From Emcibacter sp. (GTDB lineage: Bacteria > Pseudomonadota > Alphaproteobacteria > Sphingomonadales > Emcibacteraceae): a stretch of 64,000 nt of DNA. Position numbers and translations under genes: made by a program. Below are positions 18,671-27,884 of this stretch, in pieces. How positions within the stretch are numbered: position 1 is the first letter of the stretch; every line of letters begins with the position of its first letter. Below the pieces are notes generated by a model. The model was given only the letters and a program-made list of their open reading frames with translations. It searched no databases and was not told where the DNA came from. The stretch is taken from the NCBI RefSeq assembly GCF_048269205.1, contig NZ_JBLXJC010000004.1:62638-126637 (forward strand), in the 5' to 3' direction.

Positions 18671-20044
18671 TCAGCCCGAAATCTGGTTGACCAGAATGAT
18701 GGCGATGGCCACCGGACCGACAAAACGGACCAGCAGTCTCCACAGGGAAAACAGGGCGTCTGACCTGATCTCCAACTGTTCCCGGATCAGCCGGTCGGAC
18801 ACAAACCAGCCGACAAAAACCGCCATCAGCAAGGCATTGAGCGGCAGGAAAATATTGGCGACGAAGAAGTCGGTCACGTCGAAAATATTCTTTCCTTCGA
18901 AAAAGGAGAGGAAACCAAGCGGATGAAAATCTTTCCATTCGTTGAAGGACCCGACCATTATAAGGCCAATGACCCAGCAGATGATCCCCACAATCCAGCT
19001 CATCTTCCGGCGGCCCAGCCCCTTGTCTTCCAGCCAGGCGATACAGGGCTCCAGCATGGCGATGGAGGAGGTGAAGGCGGCAAAGGACAGCAACAGGAAA
19101 AACAGGATCGCTACGATCCCGCCGCCCGGCATCTGGCTGAAGGCCAGCGGCAGCGTAATGAACATCATGCCCGGGTCACCGGTCAGCGGCATACCGAAAC
19201 TGAACATAATGGGAAAGATGGCGAGACTCGCCAGCAGCGCCACGGCGGTATCGGACGCGGCAATAATCACCGCCGCCCGGGGCAGCCAGACACCCTGCGG
19301 CAGATAGGCGCCGTAGGTAATCAGGGCGCCGACCCCGACCGCCAGCGAGAAGAAGGCCTGGCCGAGCGCGGCGAGCACCGCTTCCCCGCTCAGTTTCGAA
19401 AAGTCGGCGGAAAACAGAAAACCCAGGCTTTTGGAGGCATCCCCGATAGCGAGGTTATAAGCGGCGAGAAACAGGATGATCAGGAACAGCGCCGGCATCA
19501 TGAATTTGATGGTTGTTTCCAGACCATGCCTGACCCCGCTGGAGACCACCAGAACGATACCCAGAATATAAATCGTATGCCACAGGCTCAGTTCGCCGAA
19601 AGAGCCCAGCATGCCGCCAAAAACCGATCCGAATCCTGCAGCATCTGTCTGGTTCAGGGCGCCGGTGGCGGCCTTGAACACATAGGCCATGGACCAGCCG
19701 GCCACCACGCTGTAATAGGTCAGCGCCACAAGAGGCACCAGGATGCTGAACCAGCCGATGATTTTCCAGAAGCTATGCAGGTTGTTTTCCCGGATCAGTT
19801 TCTGCAGGGTGCCGATGGCGCCCATCTTGCCGTGCTTGCCGAGGGATAGCTCGGCCATGATCAGGGGCAGACCGATAATAAAGACAAAGAACAGATACAG
19901 AAGCACGAAGGCGCCGCCGCCATATTCGCTGGTCACAAAAGGAAACCGCCAGATATTGCCGAGCCCGACTGCGGCGCCGATGGCGGCCATCAGGAAAGTT
20001 GTTCGGGAAGACCATTTTTCATGGATGAAAGTTGTCTCGGACAT
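18671..20044 (-). CDS. Sodium-dependent transporter, SNF (neurotransmitter:sodium symporter) family
   Basis: 457 aa with the signature GLGNIWRFPF near the N-terminus and about 11-12 TM segments. Its start lies 12 nt downstream of the NhaC-family gene's stop. Confidence 0.85.
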   Translation of the reverse strand: MSETTFIHEKWSSRTTFLMAAIGAAVGLGNIWRFPFVTSEYGGGAFVLLYLFFVFIIGLPLIMAELSLGKHGKMGAIGTLQKLIRENNLHSFWKIIGWFSILVPLVALTYYSVVAGWSMAYVFKAATGALNQTDAAGFGSVFGGMLGSFGELSLWHTIYILGIVLVVSSGVRHGLETTIKFMMPALFLIILFLAAYNLAIGDASKSLGFLFSADFSKLSGEAVLAALGQAFFSLAVGVGALITYGAYLPQGVWLPRAAVIIAASDTAVALLASLAIFPIMFSFGMPLTGDPGMMFITLPLAFSQMPGGGIVAILFFLLLSFAAFTSSIAMLEPCIAWLEDKGLGRRKMSWIVGIICWVIGLIMVGSFNEWKDFHPLGFLSFFEGKNIFDVTDFFVANIFLPLNALLMAVFVGWFVSDRLIREQLEIRSDALFSLWRLLVRFVGPVAIAIILVNQISG

Positions 20045-20056
20045 GGTTTGGAGCCT

Positions 20057-21430
20057 CTAGAGTATCATGACAAAGCTGGCGATTATATAGAGCAGGAAGG
20101 TTGCCGCCCCGGCTGTCAGGGCATAAGGCAGCTGGGTTCTTACATGTTCCAGCAGATCGCAGCCGGCAGCAATGGAGGAAACGGCGGTGGTATCGGAAAT
20201 GGGTGAACAATGATCCCCGAACACGCCGCCTCCCAGAATGGCGGACAGCACCAGCGACGGCGGCAGGCCCAGGGTTTCGATCAGCGGCATACCGATGGGG
20301 ATCATCAGGGCAAAGGTGCCCCAGCTGGTGCCGGTGGTAAAGCTGACCAGGGCGCCGGCCACAAACAGCATGGGCACGATCAGGACCAGGGGCACATGCT
20401 CCCCGGCCAGGCCGGCGATGAAGGTACCGGTGCCCAGAAGTTTCAGGCTCGCACCCAGCGCCAGGGAAAACAGGACGATCAGCACCAGCTGTAACAGTTC
20501 CCCCATGCCTTCGAAGCCGATTTTCACAAGTTGATGGTGGCTGAAACGGCGGCTCATCAGCATCATCAGATAGGCGACAAGCGTGGCCAGTGCCGTGGCA
20601 TAGAGAATGGATTTGGAACCGTCGCCTTCGGTAAGCGTGCCGTTGCCGGTCCAGTACATGAAGGCAAAAATTCCACCGATCAGAACGGTCAGGGGAATGA
20701 TCATGAAACGGGCGCGGGTGGCAGCGAACTCTGGCATGGCCTCGGTTTCCGTGGCCGCCCTCAGGTCCGCCCGGGCCATGGGGCCGTGCACCCGGTCCCG
20801 CAATACCGTATAGAACACAATGGCCAGTGTGACGAGCGCATAGAAATTAAGCGGCACCGATCCCATGAGCACGCTGACAGGCCGGTCGATGTCATAGGCG
20901 CTGATCAGGCCGAGAACATAGGCGCCCCAGGCATTGAACATGATCAGGATGCAGATGGGCGCACTGGTGCTGTCGATGATATAGGCAAGCCGGGCCCGGC
21001 TCATGCCGAATTTGTCAAACAGGCCGCGGGACAGGATACCGGCGGTCAGCACGCTGAGATTGGATTCAATGAACAGGATGACACCCGTAAATGTGGTCAT
21101 CAGACCGACCCGGCGACGGTTGCCGGCAAGGCCGCTGTTGACCATTCTTTCCACCAGCGCCGTTACACCTCCCGAATGCCTCAGATAGGCCAGAAAGGCG
21201 CCGATCAACAGGCTGAACATGAGAATTCTGGCATTCCCCTCACTCTGGAAGACGGCGATGATGCGGTCGATGCTGTACAGAAAACCCATGAAAGGGGCAT
21301 GAATGCCGGTGGCGGCCTGAAGCAGGGTTTCGGAACAATAGATGGCGAGGAACAGGGCAAGGATGACTTCCCGGCGCCACAGCACAACAATGATGGCAAC
21401 CAGTGGCGGCAGTACAGAAAGCCATTCCAT
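20057..21430 (-). CDS. Na+/H+ antiporter NhaC-family membrane transporter
   Basis: 457 aa and polytopic, with overall resemblance to NhaC-family proteins. It is probably co-transcribed with the SNF transporter. Confidence 0.65.
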   Translation of the reverse strand: MEWLSVLPPLVAIIVVLWRREVILALFLAIYCSETLLQAATGIHAPFMGFLYSIDRIIAVFQSEGNARILMFSLLIGAFLAYLRHSGGVTALVERMVNSGLAGNRRRVGLMTTFTGVILFIESNLSVLTAGILSRGLFDKFGMSRARLAYIIDSTSAPICILIMFNAWGAYVLGLISAYDIDRPVSVLMGSVPLNFYALVTLAIVFYTVLRDRVHGPMARADLRAATETEAMPEFAATRARFMIIPLTVLIGGIFAFMYWTGNGTLTEGDGSKSILYATALATLVAYLMMLMSRRFSHHQLVKIGFEGMGELLQLVLIVLFSLALGASLKLLGTGTFIAGLAGEHVPLVLIVPMLFVAGALVSFTTGTSWGTFALMIPIGMPLIETLGLPPSLVLSAILGGGVFGDHCSPISDTTAVSSIAAGCDLLEHVRTQLPYALTAGAATFLLYIIASFVMIL

Positions 21431-21626
21431 TAATTTTCCCCGACCAGACTGTTTTCATTTATTATTTGATGGCGCAGTATGAAAGAGGTTGTGAAGACGG
21501 TCAAGAGTCACAATTAAATTCAGGGCGGCAATTCCAGGGGGGGGAGGATGTCCTGATCTGTGGGGACAGACAGTACAGCGGGGAAAACGATATTCTTGCA
21601 GCCGAAAAGAACAGGGAGACATCAGG

Positions 21627-23792
21627 GTGATATTCTTTTCCAACAAAAACCGGCCTTTTGATCTGGGGCCCTATGCGCTGGAACGGTTGCCTCGCGACCC
21701 CTCGAAGATATCTGCGGAACAGGCCCGTCTGAAAGGTTGCCGGAAGCCCTCTCGCGTGGTCAATGACGGTACGCTATCCCGGGCCATCGAAAAATATCAT
21801 GCGCTGTTTCGGACTTTTAGCGAGCGACCACCGGCCGAAAGCAGGGCGCCGCTGCCGGATGACCCGCGCCGACTGGTCGCCGATATGAAGGGTGGCGGCT
21901 ATTTCCTGGATGCCAGCCACATGGGGATCTGCGAACTTTCCGACAATTGCTGGGTGGAGGGAGCAGAAATACGGCCGCACAGCCATGCCATCATCGTGCT
22001 GGTGAAATATGGCCGTACCCCCGAGGAAGGGACATTGGCGCGGAACTGGGTCGCGGGGAACGAACATGCCGCCGCAGCGCTTCGGGCCTGTGAAATTGCC
22101 GCCTGCCTTGCAGGCCAGATCAATGTCTATGGCTGGGCGGCCCGGGTGCATGACGAGGCGGGAGAAATGGACCTGGATCGTCTCGCGGTGCTGGCTGGCC
22201 TGGCGGTGCGTCAGGGGGACAAAATTGCAACCCCCTATTTTGGCGAGAATTTTGCGCTGGCCGCCGTCACTACCGACTATGGGCTGACACCCGATGTGCC
22301 GCTGGCGGACAGGGCTTTGAAGACGGCTCGTGGGCTCGGCTATTATCTCGGCGCAGGCGGTGCGGTACCGGGCATCGAATGGGATCGCCGGGAAAAGCGC
22401 GCCAGTCACATGAGCATCTATCCCATGGAAGACGTGCAGCGGGTGGAGGAGCCCACCACACTGATCCTGGAAGACGAGGTGCCACGGGTGCCCAAGCGGG
22501 CGGCCTTTTTCGAGCGGGCCTTGCGCGGCGATCTTGGCGACAAGGCGAAAAAGGAGCGCGGACGTTTTGCCTTTAAGCAGCCGCTGGCCTGGTCCATGCT
22601 GGGGCCGATCCGGGACATGGTGCCGCTGCAGGAGGGCGATGTGGCTGTCCGGCAGGACGGGGTTTGTCCTGATGCGGCTGAAAACAGCCGCGCCGTAAAG
22701 TCCCTCGCCTATTTCCTTGGCGCCGACCTGGTCGGCATCTGTGAAGTGCCGCGCTACGCCTGGTTTTCCCATAAGGAAGACGGCCGGGAAATCATGCCCT
22801 ATCACAAATATGCGGTGGTGATGCTGATCGATCAGGGATATGAGACCATGGAAGGGGCCTCGGGCGATGACTATATTTCCGGACCCCAGTCCATGCGTGC
22901 CTATATGCGGGGCGCGGCGATTTCCGGGGTGATGGCCGACCACCTGCGCGGCCTCGGTTTTTCCGCCCGGCCCCAGACCAATGCGGATTCCGATGTATTA
23001 CATATCCCGCTGATCCTTAAGGCGGGCCTGGGGGAGCTCTCCCGTATCGGCGAACTGGTGCTCAATCCCTTTGTCGGGCCCCGGTTCAAGTCAGTGGTCC
23101 TGACCACTGACCTGCCGCTGGAGACTGACAAACCCATTGATTTCGGCCTGCAGCAATTCTGCCGGAGCTGTCTTAAATGTGCCCGGGAATGCCCCTGCGA
23201 TGCCATTCCCTGGGGCGATACGGTGATGTTCAACGGTTATGAAATGTGGAAGATCGATGCGGAGCGCTGTACCCGCTACCGGCTTACCAACCAGCGCGGG
23301 GCTGCGTGCGGGCGCTGTATGAAAACCTGTCCGCTCAACAAGGTGGTGACCTGGGAGGGGGATTTGCTGACCCGGGTCGCCAGCTGGCTCGGCATTCACG
23401 CGAAACCCCTGAAGCCGCTGATGGCGCCGGTGGCGGCCAAGATGGATGATCTGCTGGGCCACGGCAGCCGCAACCCGGTGAAAAAATGGTGGATCGATCT
23501 GGAGGTTGTTGATGGCGAGGCGATTCTGCCGCCGAAAGGGGTTAATGAGCGCGACCTTGACGTGGACCGCAAGCTTGACCCGGCGAAACAGAAGATCGCT
23601 TATTACACAGCCGATATGATGCCGCCGCCGGACCGCTATGAAGACCCTTTTCCGGTGGATCGCAAGGCCGCCCTGGCCATGGCGGAAAAGCTGGAAACCG
23701 TGGCGGAAGCCCGGGCAAGGAAGAAGCGGGGCGGTGTAAAACCGGCCCATTATGACCCCGCAGACCCGGAAAAGATCAGGTCGGACGGCTGA
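21627..23792 (+). CDS. Reductive dehalogenase family (RdhA/QueG-type, predicted corrinoid + 2x[4Fe-4S]) protein, cytoplasmic type
   Basis: 721 aa. Fe-S motifs CRSCLKCARECP (CxxCxxCxxxCP) and C-x12-CGRCMKTCP. The upstream AGLGELSRIGELVLNPFVGPRFKSVVLTTDLPL block is typical of the RdhA/QueG family. There is no twin-arginine signal. GTG start. Confidence 0.7.
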   Translation: MIFFSNKNRPFDLGPYALERLPRDPSKISAEQARLKGCRKPSRVVNDGTLSRAIEKYHALFRTFSERPPAESRAPLPDDPRRLVADMKGGGYFLDASHMGICELSDNCWVEGAEIRPHSHAIIVLVKYGRTPEEGTLARNWVAGNEHAAAALRACEIAACLAGQINVYGWAARVHDEAGEMDLDRLAVLAGLAVRQGDKIATPYFGENFALAAVTTDYGLTPDVPLADRALKTARGLGYYLGAGGAVPGIEWDRREKRASHMSIYPMEDVQRVEEPTTLILEDEVPRVPKRAAFFERALRGDLGDKAKKERGRFAFKQPLAWSMLGPIRDMVPLQEGDVAVRQDGVCPDAAENSRAVKSLAYFLGADLVGICEVPRYAWFSHKEDGREIMPYHKYAVVMLIDQGYETMEGASGDDYISGPQSMRAYMRGAAISGVMADHLRGLGFSARPQTNADSDVLHIPLILKAGLGELSRIGELVLNPFVGPRFKSVVLTTDLPLETDKPIDFGLQQFCRSCLKCARECPCDAIPWGDTVMFNGYEMWKIDAERCTRYRLTNQRGAACGRCMKTCPLNKVVTWEGDLLTRVASWLGIHAKPLKPLMAPVAAKMDDLLGHGSRNPVKKWWIDLEVVDGEAILPPKGVNERDLDVDRKLDPAKQKIAYYTADMMPPPDRYEDPFPVDRKAALAMAEKLETVAEARARKKRGGVKPAHYDPADPEKIRSDG

Positions 23793-24741
23793 GGGGCGCC
23801 GGACTGAAATTGCCGAATGAGGTCAGCACGTAAAGTATCAGATTGAGGCCCTGACCCAGGGCACCCGCTGCCACGAACATGCCGGCCACCCGGGCTTCGG
23901 GGGCATCGACAAAACCGGTCATGGACAGGCATAACCCTAGGAAAACCAGCTCTGAATTGGGCAGGAACGGGATCCGGGTCAGCACCATCTGGGCGGTGAT
24001 CAGCAGAATCCAGGTGGTGGCGGGGACCTCGGGCAGGACGATGGACCACTGCAGGATCTGGAGCGCCAGCACCAGAAACAGCCTTGTGATATGCACCATA
24101 AGCACCTTGCCTACGATGGTCATCGGCAGAGCCAGGATGTGCCGCCGGAAACGGATCACCACCGGCACCAGGATAAGGGTGATCACTGCCGCCAGCAGCA
24201 GATAGCTGGTGACAGAAGGATCGGCGTTGGTGATGATTTTCAACTGGCCGGTCAGAAAAAACAGGGCAAGCAGAAAGACGGTCATGCTGTTGGAGGTCAG
24301 CGCCGACAGGATATTATTATCCTTGACCGTGGAAAATATCTCTTTTTGTGAAAGTCCGAGCCTGGGGATCGCCCAGAAACAGAGATAGGCCTCGCCGGAA
24401 TAGCCCATCACGCCTGTATTGAAAATTTTCTTGCGGATGAAGACAGGAAAGCAGCGCCACAACTTCACCTTCCAGATCATTTTGTAAATGAACAGCTCGC
24501 TGGTCGGCTGACACAGATAGATGATAAAAAACAGCGCATAAAAGAGCGGCTCGGCGGGCAGCTCATGCCGGATTTCCGTCCAGCCGATTTGTCCCACCCG
24601 GTGGATCAGATAGAAAAATACCAGCAGGGTCAAAAACCATTGCAGGATTTTCAATATCCGGCGGATGGCCGGTTTCTGCATGCCGTTTTGCGCCGCCGTC
24701 GCCAGTTTTTTAATACCCGCAATCTGCTTTTCATTCATCAC
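23776..24741 (-). CDS. Flippase-like membrane protein (lysyl-PG-synthase TM region / UPF0104-like)
   Basis: 321 aa, about 8 TM segments, no soluble domain. It is the last gene of the glycosyltransferase operon. Its 3' end overlaps the rdhA-like 3' end by 17 nt (convergent). Confidence 0.5.
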   Translation of the reverse strand: MMNEKQIAGIKKLATAAQNGMQKPAIRRILKILQWFLTLLVFFYLIHRVGQIGWTEIRHELPAEPLFYALFFIIYLCQPTSELFIYKMIWKVKLWRCFPVFIRKKIFNTGVMGYSGEAYLCFWAIPRLGLSQKEIFSTVKDNNILSALTSNSMTVFLLALFFLTGQLKIITNADPSVTSYLLLAAVITLILVPVVIRFRRHILALPMTIVGKVLMVHITRLFLVLALQILQWSIVLPEVPATTWILLITAQMVLTRIPFLPNSELVFLGLCLSMTGFVDAPEARVAGMFVAAGALGQGLNLILYVLTSFGNFSPAPLSRPT

Positions 24742-24743
24742 GT

Positions 24744-25451
24744 TCAGCCCGGCCTTGTTGCCTTGAGGGTCAATTGCTTGTCATGCAGGATGAAAGCGTC
24801 ATCGGTGGAGACCAGAAATTTTTCCAGAAAGGGCGCGGCGCCAACCCGAAGGATCTCCTTCGTCAGCAGTTGTATATGTCCCCGGTACTGGCGAAACAGG
24901 CCTTCCCAGAGCACATTCTGGTTCCTGGGGTGCCGGTCCGCCAGGTGGGCAAGCTCCCCCCGGGCCAGGTCAAGCCAGCGGGTGAAAAATTCCCTGCCCA
25001 GGGCGTTGTTGCGGATAATGCAGAAACCCGCATTGGGCAGCAGCCATGTGCCGAATTTCATGGCGCCGCGCGGGTTTAGCGGCAGGGGAATGCCGAGATA
25101 GCGGGAAATATCCGCCGGAAAATAGATATCCTTTCCCGGATGGTTTCTCAGAATATCCTCGAATCTGACGTCCTCCCGCAGGATAATGCTGTCCGCATCA
25201 ACCTTGATCAGCCAGTCGGCGTCACTCTCATCAAAGCGGCGGCGCATCATCTCGATCATGCTCCAGTTGATATGCATGTCGGGGACAAGCTGCTTGTCGC
25301 AAACGATAAAATTATAGCCGTGCCGGTTGCAATAGGCCTGCCACTTCTTTTTTGTTTCTATGGCGTAATAATCTATGTTCGGTGTGGCCAGCATCAACAC
25401 ATCAATTTTGAGCGGCCGGGTATTTTCGTCAGTCATTTTCTTTCTGGCCAT
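24744..25451 (-). CDS. GT-A-fold nucleotide-diphospho-sugar transferase (DXD-type glycosyltransferase)
   Basis: 235 aa with DADS (DxD) in LIKVDADSIILRED. The layout resembles GMA12/MNN10-like transferases. It overlaps the upstream GT4 gene. Confidence 0.5.
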   Translation of the reverse strand: MARKKMTDENTRPLKIDVLMLATPNIDYYAIETKKKWQAYCNRHGYNFIVCDKQLVPDMHINWSMIEMMRRRFDESDADWLIKVDADSIILREDVRFEDILRNHPGKDIYFPADISRYLGIPLPLNPRGAMKFGTWLLPNAGFCIIRNNALGREFFTRWLDLARGELAHLADRHPRNQNVLWEGLFRQYRGHIQLLTKEILRVGAAPFLEKFLVSTDDAFILHDKQLTLKATRPG

Positions 25452-26628
25452 TCTTCTTTTTTATCAGGGTCTCATAGTATTGGAACAGCTGCCGAAAATG
25501 TTCCAATGGTGTAATGACTTTGCGGCCTGCCGCTTCAAGGGCGGCTTTGTGCATGTCTTCCGGATCTCGCAGCAGCAACCGCTGCAAGGCATCTGCACAG
25601 TCCGTACTGTCCCCGGCCCTGTATAATTCGGCATATCCGGGTTCGGCGAGATCGGCAGCCCCGCCAATGCTTGGCACCACCAGCGGCAGGCCGGCACAGA
25701 GCCCCTCTGCAATCACCAGGCCATAGGTTTCCGCAGCACTGCCATGCAGCATGCCATCCGCGCTGGCGAGGATTTGGGCAAGCTTGTCCCGGTCTTTTTC
25801 AAAGCCGGCAACAAAGGATCCCCTGTATTTTCCAGCCTGCCGGTCAACGGACCGGCGGGTCGGGCCGTCGCCAATGATATAGAGCCCCGCCGGGCGGATC
25901 CGGTTGACCCGGTCGATGGCCTTGATCATACATCCAATACGTTTTTCCGGGTGATGACGGCTGACAGTGACGAAAAGGCGGCTGTCGGGATCGGTAATGC
26001 CGCATTTTTCAAGCAGTTCCCGGCGCAGGCCTTCCGATTTTCTTTCCGGCGAGAAAGCGGTGCCGTCGATCCCGAGGGGAATGGCGTGGGCGTTCCCGAT
26101 ACCGAATTTCTTTAGCCTTTCGCCAAGCCAGTCTCCGGCGACGATGGTGGTGTCGAAGCTACGGGCGAGCTTGCGCAGATAGGCCCAGAACCAGAAAAAC
26201 ATCCGGTCAATCGTTTCGATTCCGAAAAGACCGTCCAGAAATGTATGCGGGTAAACCGCCACGGGATCCTGGTGAAAAAAGAAGGATTTTACCGCCTTGC
26301 TGCCTTTATTTCCGGGCCAGCTGGCTGCAATCCAGCCACCGCGCCAGGGCGAGGATCCCTCGATCACATCCGGTTGCTCCCGGTCCAGAATGCGGTGGAT
26401 CTCGTCCGCTTTCCAGAACAGGTGATAGCGCTTGTCTAGGGGAATGGGCGGCGCTTCCACCCACTGGATACGCCCGCCCTCGCGTTCCTCTTCCCGGGTT
26501 TCCGGGCCCGGAGCAATGATCAGGCAGTCATGACCCGCCTCTTTGGCGGCAGCCAGCTTTTGATGGATATAGGTACGTACACCGCCGCCCTGATCGCTGT
26601 AAAATTCGGCGATATCCACAAGCTTCAT
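25429..26628 (-). CDS. Glycosyltransferase family 4 (GT-B, group 1)
   Basis: 399 aa. The C-terminal EX7E-type region reads HGSAAETYGLVIAEGLCAGLPLVV. The start overlaps the upstream gene's stop by 4 nt. Confidence 0.8.
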   Translation of the reverse strand: MKLVDIAEFYSDQGGGVRTYIHQKLAAAKEAGHDCLIIAPGPETREEEREGGRIQWVEAPPIPLDKRYHLFWKADEIHRILDREQPDVIEGSSPWRGGWIAASWPGNKGSKAVKSFFFHQDPVAVYPHTFLDGLFGIETIDRMFFWFWAYLRKLARSFDTTIVAGDWLGERLKKFGIGNAHAIPLGIDGTAFSPERKSEGLRRELLEKCGITDPDSRLFVTVSRHHPEKRIGCMIKAIDRVNRIRPAGLYIIGDGPTRRSVDRQAGKYRGSFVAGFEKDRDKLAQILASADGMLHGSAAETYGLVIAEGLCAGLPLVVPSIGGAADLAEPGYAELYRAGDSTDCADALQRLLLRDPEDMHKAALEAAGRKVITPLEHFRQLFQYYETLIKKKNGQKEND

Positions 26629-27884
26629 GACGGGACGTTTCCGGGCAGCGGGTCGGTGACGACGGGCAAGGCGGAGATGACCTGTTCCTGGGTCTCCTCC
26701 GGCAGGTTGAGGATTTCGATGTAATGTCCCAGAAGGCCCCGCATGACGTTTTCCCAGTCGAACCTGAGGGCCTTGACCCGGGCGGCCATTCGCATGGCCG
26801 TGCGCCGGTTGGGAGAGCCGATCAGCTCTTCCGCCGCCTCCACATATCCCTCCGGGTTGTCCGGATCGATCAGATAACCGGTCTCACCGGGCTTGACCAG
26901 GCAGCGGCTGCCGCTGGCATCGGCGCAAATGGCCGGCAGGCCGCAGGCCATGGCTTCCAGGGTGACATTGCCAAAGGCTTCGGTGATGCTGGGATTAAAG
27001 AAAATATCTGAAGAGGCATAGGCCCGGGCCAGTTCTTCACGATGCAAAAAGCCGGTAAAGAGAGCGTCGGGCAGCATTTTCTCCAGCTTTTTCCGGGCCG
27101 GGCCGTCACCGACAATCAGAACCCGGTGGGCAAGGCCGCGTCGTTTCAGCCGGTGGGAGAAATCCGCCAGCACATCCAGTCCCTTCTCCAGCACCAGGCG
27201 ACCGACAAAAGAGATGACCACTTCGTTATTCTGTATTCCCAGGGACTGGCGCCAGTTGAGGTCGCGTTTTTCCGGATTGAACAGGTTTGTCTCGACGCCC
27301 CGGCTCCAGATCCGGATATCCCGGGCCAGATCATTTTGCTCAAGGATTTCCGCCACGGACTCCGTAGGCACGTAAACATGGTCGCAACGCTGGTAAAAAT
27401 AGCGCAGATATTTCATCAGATATTTTTCCGCCCAGCCCAGGCCGTAATATTGCAGATAGGTTTCATAACGGGTGTGAAACGAAGCGACAACCGGCAAGCC
27501 GTGTTCCTTGCCGTATTTCTGGGCCGAATAGCCCAGATAATCCGGAGCGGACAAATGGATGATATCGGGATCAAAGGCGTCCAGCCTCTTGCGGACATCC
27601 CCGGTCAGCCCCAGGGCAATCCGGTACTCGCCGCGTCCGGGCACGGGGATGGAGGGGACGGAAAGCAGGGTGCCGGCAAAATCACGAATGGCCGGTGTAT
27701 CCGTGGTCGGGGAAAAAATCAGAACCTCGAATCCCTTGCGCTCCAGATAGGCCACCAGCCGGTTCAGGGCCAGGGCTGCGCCATCCTTGATGTAATTGTA
27801 GTTGCCGGAAAAAAGAGCCACTTTCCGGCGCCGCCGGCTTGGATTCCTGCCCGCTGAGTGGTGGTTCTGAAAACCCCGGTTCAT
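26625..27884 (-). CDS. Glycosyltransferase family 4 (GT-B, group 1)
   Basis: 419 aa with N-terminal VALFSGNYNYIKDGAALALNRLV and C-terminal NPSITEAFGNVTLEAMACGLP. It is the first gene of the four-gene operon. Confidence 0.8.
   Translation of the reverse strand: MNRGFQNHHSAGRNPSRRRRKVALFSGNYNYIKDGAALALNRLVAYLERKGFEVLIFSPTTDTPAIRDFAGTLLSVPSIPVPGRGEYRIALGLTGDVRKRLDAFDPDIIHLSAPDYLGYSAQKYGKEHGLPVVASFHTRYETYLQYYGLGWAEKYLMKYLRYFYQRCDHVYVPTESVAEILEQNDLARDIRIWSRGVETNLFNPEKRDLNWRQSLGIQNNEVVISFVGRLVLEKGLDVLADFSHRLKRRGLAHRVLIVGDGPARKKLEKMLPDALFTGFLHREELARAYASSDIFFNPSITEAFGNVTLEAMACGLPAICADASGSRCLVKPGETGYLIDPDNPEGYVEAAEELIGSPNRRTAMRMAARVKALRFDWENVMRGLLGHYIEILNLPEETQEQVISALPVVTDPLPGNVPS

Noticed and set aside
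21431-21626. Possible cobalamin riboswitch upstream of the corrinoid-type rdhA-like gene.
   Set aside because: No B12-box-like GCCACTG core or characteristic multi-stem architecture is visible. The region more plausibly holds divergent promoters, for example TTGACC-N17-CATACT on the minus strand at 21476-21504 for the NhaC-family gene.
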